NCBI GenBank assembly: GCA_013265495.1
Contig: MU058714.1
Location: forward strand, 1,426,001 to 1,490,000
Reading direction: 5' to 3'
Source: Vicugna vicugna
Taxonomy: Eukaryota
Length of the DNA stretch: 64,000 bases
Shown here: one piece after another, positions 57,721 to 64,000 of the stretch
How the letters are laid out: every line of letters begins with the position of its first letter
Position numbering within the stretch: the stretch's first letter is position 1
The notes under the pieces: model-generated
Seen by the model: only the letters and a program-made list of their open reading frames with translations
Told to the model about the DNA's origin: nothing
Databases searched by the model: none
Program-made: the position numbers and the translations under genes

Positions 57721-60229
57721 GCAGTGACTGTAAATCCAGAAAATCTGCAGACCCCCTTACAGATCAAGGTCGACCTTCATCTCCTCCCAGCCACACACCA
57801 GAGCCAGTGCTGCAGCAAGAGACTAGGCCACCGTGTGTAAGGTACATGGAGCAGCGTTAACATTCCCCACACAGCAGAGGGGCTTTATTAACCATCGAGG
57901 AAAGACAGCAGCACCTCCATAGGAAACAGGCAACAATTATGACCAGGCATCCAGGATGGCCCCAGACAAGCTAAAAGATGCTCCAGCCTTCCAAAAATCA
58001 GACATGCACATTCAAACAACCAGGAAGTGCCATTTTTCACCTACCATGTTGGCAAACATTACAGGGTGGTCATAGCTGGTGTGGGTCTGATGCAGGGAAG
58101 AGGTGCCACAGTAGGAGGGAGGAAGGAGGAGGGCAGAGGCCCCCAAAGGGTCCTTGCAAGTTCCTGCTTAGGACCCCAGAGAGCACAGCCGGTTGGGGGT
58201 CCTCTCCACCCAGCTGTGCTCAGGCCCCCGCAGAATAACCACCTAGAAGAGACTGGCCTGGCCCGAACGAACGTAGCTGGTGAGATCTTCTGGGGCCAGG
58301 AAGGCCCCCTCCTGCCTGCCCCTTACTCCTTCCCGTCTCTTCCCCGGTGCAGTTTGTATTCCACGTTCCAAGACACCAGCTAGGAGGACGCACGCCTCTC
58401 CAGCCTGGCCAGTGGGTACCAAGGCGGAGGATTGGCTCCGCTCATGACTTCCAGGAAGGGGCCCTCGGGCACCGTGTGGTTGGTGGGAGGCTGCCAGAGC
58501 AGCCCCAGAAATGCTTATTAAAGAGCCAATAAATCACGACTCCATCCACCTCCCTACCCTCTCCCTTCCACATTGCTGCCTGACATTTTTTGTATTGATG
58601 CATTTATTTTAAAAAATGGGCAAGACTGCTTGTTTGATTTCCACAGGGGCTGTGTCAGACAGAGAGCTGGCAAATTACTTCCTGACCCTGGATGGCTGAT
58701 GTAATGGGTCCCCAGCGCTGAAGCCCAGGTCCCCTACTCCTGGTGTGCCTCCATTTGGCTCTGGGCCACTCCCTGTGTGGTGACATCAGAGCTGGTGCTG
58801 TCCTTGGCAGGTGGTTCATTTCCCTGTAGCCGTGGACACCCATCAGTCCAGGAAGCCCTGTGAGGTGGCAGCCCTGGCCTGGGCCTCTCTCGTCCTTCTC
58901 GTCCATGCCTCCCAGGGAGACAGGAGGTCTCGGGGCTGGGGTAGGGGTGGGGTCGCTCACCCCTCCGTGGGCCTGACAAGGTTGTGGGGCTACTTTGGAT
59001 TATATTTTTGCCTAAATCACCACGACAGGCAAGATCACAAAAAGGAATTTATTTGAAGCAAATGAGCATTTTCAGCAAAGAGAAATCAGGAGGAAGTATC
59101 CAAGGGAATTGTTTTGTCTAAACTGGACAGGCTGAGGCCATCTGAACCCAAAGGACCCCCCAACAAAGGATTCCAGAAGAATCCCGGCAGAAGAGCCTCA
59201 GCTTACTTTAAGTGGACTTGAGGCATCTTAGGAATAAAACTGGCTAATTAGCTTTTAAAACAGACAAGCAGACATGCACACAATGGCAGCTAACTGCAGT
59301 GGGCCACCTCCAAACGGCCGAAGGGCCCCACCTCCTGGTCCTCACTCCCCTGGTCCCCTCCCACACTGGTCCAGGGCAGCCCTGGCGACCAGTGTTAGAG
59401 GCTGAAAGTGATGGACTTCTGGCCTACAGCCAATCAGATCAATGCTGCCTCCCCTCCAGGTGATTGGTCAGGTAGTCCAAGCCTCAACCAATCAGAACAG
59501 TTCTTTCTGACCATACATCCGCTTGGAGCTAGTGAGTTTGGAGCAAATCACCCCTGGTCCTCTTGAGCGGTGTGGGGCAGAGGTGCGGGTCTGGAGATGA
59601 TGCAGATACATTGCCACCTTGAGAGAGGTCAGTGCAAGCACAAAGCGGACGTTGGGGATCGGCAGAGTTGAGAAAACAGAAATCTTGCGGCACCCTGATC
59701 AAACTGCCTGAAGCCTACAGTTAGTTACAGGAAGCTTCATGCAAGAGCCTAATACAAGCTCCCACTCCCACCACGCAGCCCAGCCTGTGCTGGCGGATCA
59801 GATGTTTTCACTGAGACCTTGTATCTTGAGGTAGTGACAGGAGAAAAGACACAGACTTTTTCAGTGAACGCACTGAAAGTTTTTGCCCCACAACAGAGGG
59901 TGCAATGCCAGGAGACTCCACAACCAGACCACCTTGGTGCACCAGGCTGGATGTCTTTTTCCTTGGGTTCCTGCCCACCTGCTGGGAGTGGCACTCAGTC
60001 TTCCTCTGGCTTTGGTGGGCTGTCTGATCTCATCCCCAAAACTGTCTTTTCTCACTTTGTTCCCAGGGTTGGGTATCTCGCTATCTGCCAAAAATCCTGA
60101 CTGAGGATGCTGCTAGAAGTGGCTGTGGTGACAAAGTGAGCCTTTGTAAGCATCGTACAAACACATTTCTTCAGAGGCCCACCCAAGGCGTGTCCAGGTG
60201 AAAATGGGGTATTAGGAATAAATTCCTAT

Positions 60230-60650
60230 ACAAGTAATGGAATATCCAATTAACAGGAGATTAAACTCATAGGGGCTTTTTTTCCTCATATAACCAGGAG
60301 CCCAGAGGCGAGGTGTTGTCCCCATCAGGGACCAAACTCTGCCAGTCCTCCTGCACACACATCCGCAGCAGGTGGACTTGGGCTTTTGTCCTCATGGTTC
60401 ATAAGGTGGCTGCTGGAGTGCCACACACCACACATGCTTCCACAGTCAAGGCCAAAGAAAGGAAGAAGAGGCCATGCCAATCACATGTGTCCCCTCTTCT
60501 AGGGAGAAAGAAGCCTCTCTCAGAAGCCCCTGCAGCAGATTCCCCCTTGGGCCTTGTTCACCAGAAGAGGGCACAGGACCTCCCACCCTGTGAGAGATTC
60601 CGAGGCAGCAGGGAGCCAGATGGTCATGGTTGGCACTGGCCAAACGTGCT
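60230..60650 (-). mobile_element. MLT1-like (ERVL-MaLR) solo LTR fragment
   Basis: ctcatggttcataaggtggctgct...cagaagcccctgcagcagattccccct...ccagaagagggcacagg...ggtcatggttggc resembles recalled MLT1 LTRs; subfamily uncertain. Confidence 0.55.
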
Positions 60651-61089
60651 CCGTCCCTGGGGCTTGGCACCTCCAACAAAAGGAGAAGTGGGATTGAATA
60701 TCACGGAGGGGCAGAGCAGGCCTGCCTGACCCAGGTGGGAAGACCCTGGCATATCCAAGCAGAAGAGGACTCTTTTAACAAGATTCTGGGAGGCCCACAG
60801 ATTACCAGGGGTGGGGGAATCAGGATCAGGGGTTGTGCCGCTGGGAGCACGCCCGAGATCCTGCTGCAGAGCTGGCTCCAGCCACCTCCGCACAGCAAAA
60901 GACCACCGGTGCCACACAGCAAGCGTCCACGAGACCCGCTGCCACCCCTGCCGTCCCCCTCCTGTCAGCGCCCACTGCGCGAGCGGGATCTATGCCGCCT
61001 CTCCTCCCAGTGTGATTCAGGGTTGGTGGTGGGTGTTCTGGGCTGCTGGAGCGTGGGCTGTTAACCTTAGCTAAGGAGGAGGTTCCATC

Positions 61090-61900
61090 ACTTGCTGGAC
61101 GGAAATGGGCACAGCTTTTTGGAAAGCAGTTTGTCAATGTGTATGAACAGATGACAAGTAGCTACACCCTGTGGCCCAGTAGTTTTACATTAGGTATCGT
61201 CTCTCAAGGAGGTCGGAGTGATGGGGAACCTCTAACACTCCTTATGTCATCATGACAGGGCTGATTATAACCACAACCTGTGGCAGCATCCACCTTTTGC
61301 GATGAGGAGAGTACGTGACTCCCGGCCCAGCCATCCTCCAAGGAATATGGAATGATCTGGGGAAATGCTTGGGTTATAATACCAAGTGAAAAGAGCGGGG
61401 TGGACCCGTGGTTGTCCTGGCCAAGTCTGATGAAATATTGTGTACTGAAAGCAAGAAGCCAGTGGCACAGGCCTGCCTGACTTGAATCTAGTTGGCAGAA
61501 AGGTCTGGAAGAGTCTCCACATTTAAACAGAAATTTCCCCATGAACAGTAGGAAAAGACTTCAATCGCAGATGCCCTTGAAGAAAGCTCAGTGTTGTTTG
61601 GCTGAGAGGTTTAGATAAGTGAGCATGCCCAGGAAAACATCACAAAGACCCAAAGTAAGAACAGCCCTCACTGTGTTATGTGCAACCGCGAGGAACTTCA
61701 GAGTCACCTCAGTAGCCATCAGTAGAGAGGTAGTTAACTGGAGGCAAATCGCTACAGCAAAACAGCACGTAGCCGCGAGAAGGTGTATTTAAATACATTT
61801 ACTTGAAAGACGTCACTAACATGTCAATGAAAGAAAAATCAGATCATGGAAGACTATACCCTTTATGTGTAGAAATATGTCAATATACACATTACAAAGG
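61090..61900 (+). mobile_element. Patchy L1ME-like 3'-end fragments
   Basis: tttttggaaagcagtttgtcaat...ccctgtggcccagtagttttac; aatgatctggggaaatgct...aagtgaaaagagc; lower GC. Confidence 0.45.
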
Positions 61901-61908
61901 ATAGAAGG

Positions 61909-64000
61909 AATTTCTACTCTGGCCATCATGGGGTAACTGGGATCTTCCCTCCTGCCATAAACAAGGAAAACTGGAAAGAAAAGACATGAATCAACTGTTG
62001 TCAGACATTGGACAGTAGGCAGTCCGGGATGCTGGGCCCTGAGAGAAGGAGAACAGACGCGAGCCCTACGGTATCTTGGCTTTCTGTCTGGAGGGACTTT
62101 CTGGACTGAGGCACAGAACACAAAGGCCCTGTGAGCTGAGACACAGAGATCAGAGTGTGGAGATGCTGAGATGGTTGGAATTTCCAAAGCAGGGTACCTG
62201 AGGAGGGGGTTCTGCAGAGAACAAGCTCTGGAAACCCATACGGAGGTCCCCTTAATTGCAAATGTTAACCTGCGTACACGTTCAGGAAACCCCACGAGAC
62301 TCAGCAAAGAACCGCCCCTGGGGTGCTGTGAAGCTGAACAATTCCCAGAGCCCAGCAGACCTCATTAAGTACCCAGGGCATTTCGTGGAGATTCTGTGAG
62401 AGTCACACTAGAAGCAGAGCTAAATCAGAATCAAAGGCTAATCTAGACTCCGTCTAATGAAGCTTTAAAACTACCTCAAAAAGGTCAAATGTCTCTGCAA
62501 CTAAGTGGCCTTTCTGTGAAAACAAACTCCAACTCTCTAAAATGAAAGGACCGTGAAGTCCAGCGATTCAACAATGTAACACTTAACAATGTCCAGCATT
62601 TGATGGAAAATGACTAGACGTGTACAGAAGAAGGAAGCTATGACCCATACCAGAGAGAGACCAGTCAACAGAAACAGACCCGGAGGTGGCAGAGAAGATG
62701 GAACTAGCAGAGAAGGATTTTAAAACAGATACATTTGTTCACAGATTTACAACAAAACAGGAACATAATAAAGAGAAACATAAAAGAGCCAAATGGAACT
62801 TCTAAAGCTGAGAAATACAGCACCTGAAATTAAGAATCAACCACGTGGACTTACCAGCAAGAGACAGGCCGAGCAAAATGCCCATGAGCTGAGGATGCAC
62901 CAAGAGAAACTATCCAAGCTAAGTCACGGAGAGGGGAAAAGAAGTGAGAAAACTGAAGAGAACTTCGGTGACCTGTGGGACGATAGCAGTCAGCCTACCT
63001 ACGTGTAATTGAACCCCAGAAGGATAGGAGGAGAGGACAGGAAAAAAATCTTTGAAGAAACAATGGCTGAAATTTTTCCAGATTCATTGAAAACTATAAA
63101 AAAGCACAGATCCCCAAATTTGACAGATCCCAAGCCAGGTAAATATAAAGAATATCACATAAGGACACACCTGCATCAAAATTTTGAAAGCCAGTGATAA
63201 AGGGAAGAGCTTAAAGGCAGCCAGAGGAAAAACACTTGTTTTATTTAGGGAAACAGAGGTAAGCATGACTGCTGACTTATTGTAAGAAACAGTGCAAACC
63301 AGAAGACAATTGAATGACATGTTTAAATGGCTAAAAGGGGAAAAAAAAAACACAACCCTATCAACTTTGAATTCTATATTCAGAGAAAATGCTCTTCGAA
63401 AATGCTCTTCAAAACTGAAAGCAAATTGAAACTTTTGCAGACAAACAAAGCTGAGATAGCTTATGGCCAGCAAACAAAGAAGAAATGTTAAAGTTAGAGC
63501 TACAAACAGAAGGAAATTGATATCAAGTGGAAATAGAGAATACCAAAAATGAGAAATATGCAGATAAAGATTTTTTCTGTTTTTAATTTCTTTAAAATAT
63601 AACTGACTCTAAATCAAAAATGAATAGCAATGCATGGTCAGGCTTTAACACATGCAGAAGTGACACATGACAAAACCAGCATGAATATATGAGGATGGAA
63701 ACAGAAGTCTATGACAGTAAGTTTCTCACATTATGTGTGTACTGTGATACGTTTAAAATATATACAGTAAACCTTAGAGTGAGAGCGAGAGAGAGAGAAG
63801 AAATTGGTCAATAGAGATTAAGTGATAAACTAAAAATATTCAGTAACAAGATGGTAGAACTTAATCATATCAAGAGTTGCACTAAATGTAAATGGTCTAA
63901 AATCAGAAATCAACATACTAGATGAAAAAAAAACAAGACCAAAAGAACAGATGCCCACAAGAAACACACGTTAAATATAAATAGGTTCCAAGTTAGACAA
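61909..64000 (+). mobile_element. Decayed L1M element: 5' UTR, ORF1 remnant, start of ORF2 (runs off window)
   Basis: ORF1p-like peptides MELLKLRNTAPEIKN... (62793) and KKIFEETMAEIFPDSLK (about 63045-63095), broken by stops and frameshifts; ORF2 endonuclease motif ALNVNGL at 63879-63899. Confidence 0.85.

Noticed and set aside
58950-59560. Possible LTR or promoter (three CCAAT/ATTGG motifs near 59430-59495)
   Set aside because: I could not assign a family or boundaries by eye; it needs RepeatMasker before being called.
38150-64000. ACTG1 or another protein-coding gene expected by synteny
   Set aside because: No actin-like or other recognisable exon peptide appears in any frame; the next gene probably lies beyond the window.

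Overview
This is GC-rich mammalian genomic DNA, not a prokaryotic window. The six-frame ORF track is mostly noise from stop-poor sequence; the real coding content is one spliced gene. Bases 3166-36018 (+) hold 26 coding exons of BAHCC1 (BAH domain and coiled-coil containing 1). I mapped them by hand: splice phases are consistent throughout, giving 7670 coding nt in-window (about 2555 aa). The ATG-containing first exon lies upstream of the window. The protein shows a coiled coil, an AT-hook, a tandem Tudor-like region, a poly-Ser tract and a C-terminal BAH domain. A 3' UTR of about 2.1 kb ends near AATAAA at 38118. There is one 163-N assembly gap, in an intron. The 26 kb downstream has no recognisable protein-coding gene. 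It holds two orphan CCAAT/GC-box CpG-island promoters, another CpG-rich patch, several AT-rich enhancer-like islands and old repeats (MIR, L2, MER53-like, MLT1-like, L1M fragments including a decayed L1 5'UTR-ORF1-ORF2 start). I found no clear new multi-gene system. The best leads are: (1) the BAHCC1 splicing architecture, with a candidate poison exon, two GC-AG introns, a triple NAG acceptor and two in-frame stop-free introns; (2) candidate lncRNA promoters downstream of the gene; (3) a 17/19 match to the bacterial tetO2 operator, which is also a palindromic GATA pair, next to one CpG island. Exon labels E2-E27 assume one upstream coding exon. Family and motif names come from recalled consensus sequences, not database searches.
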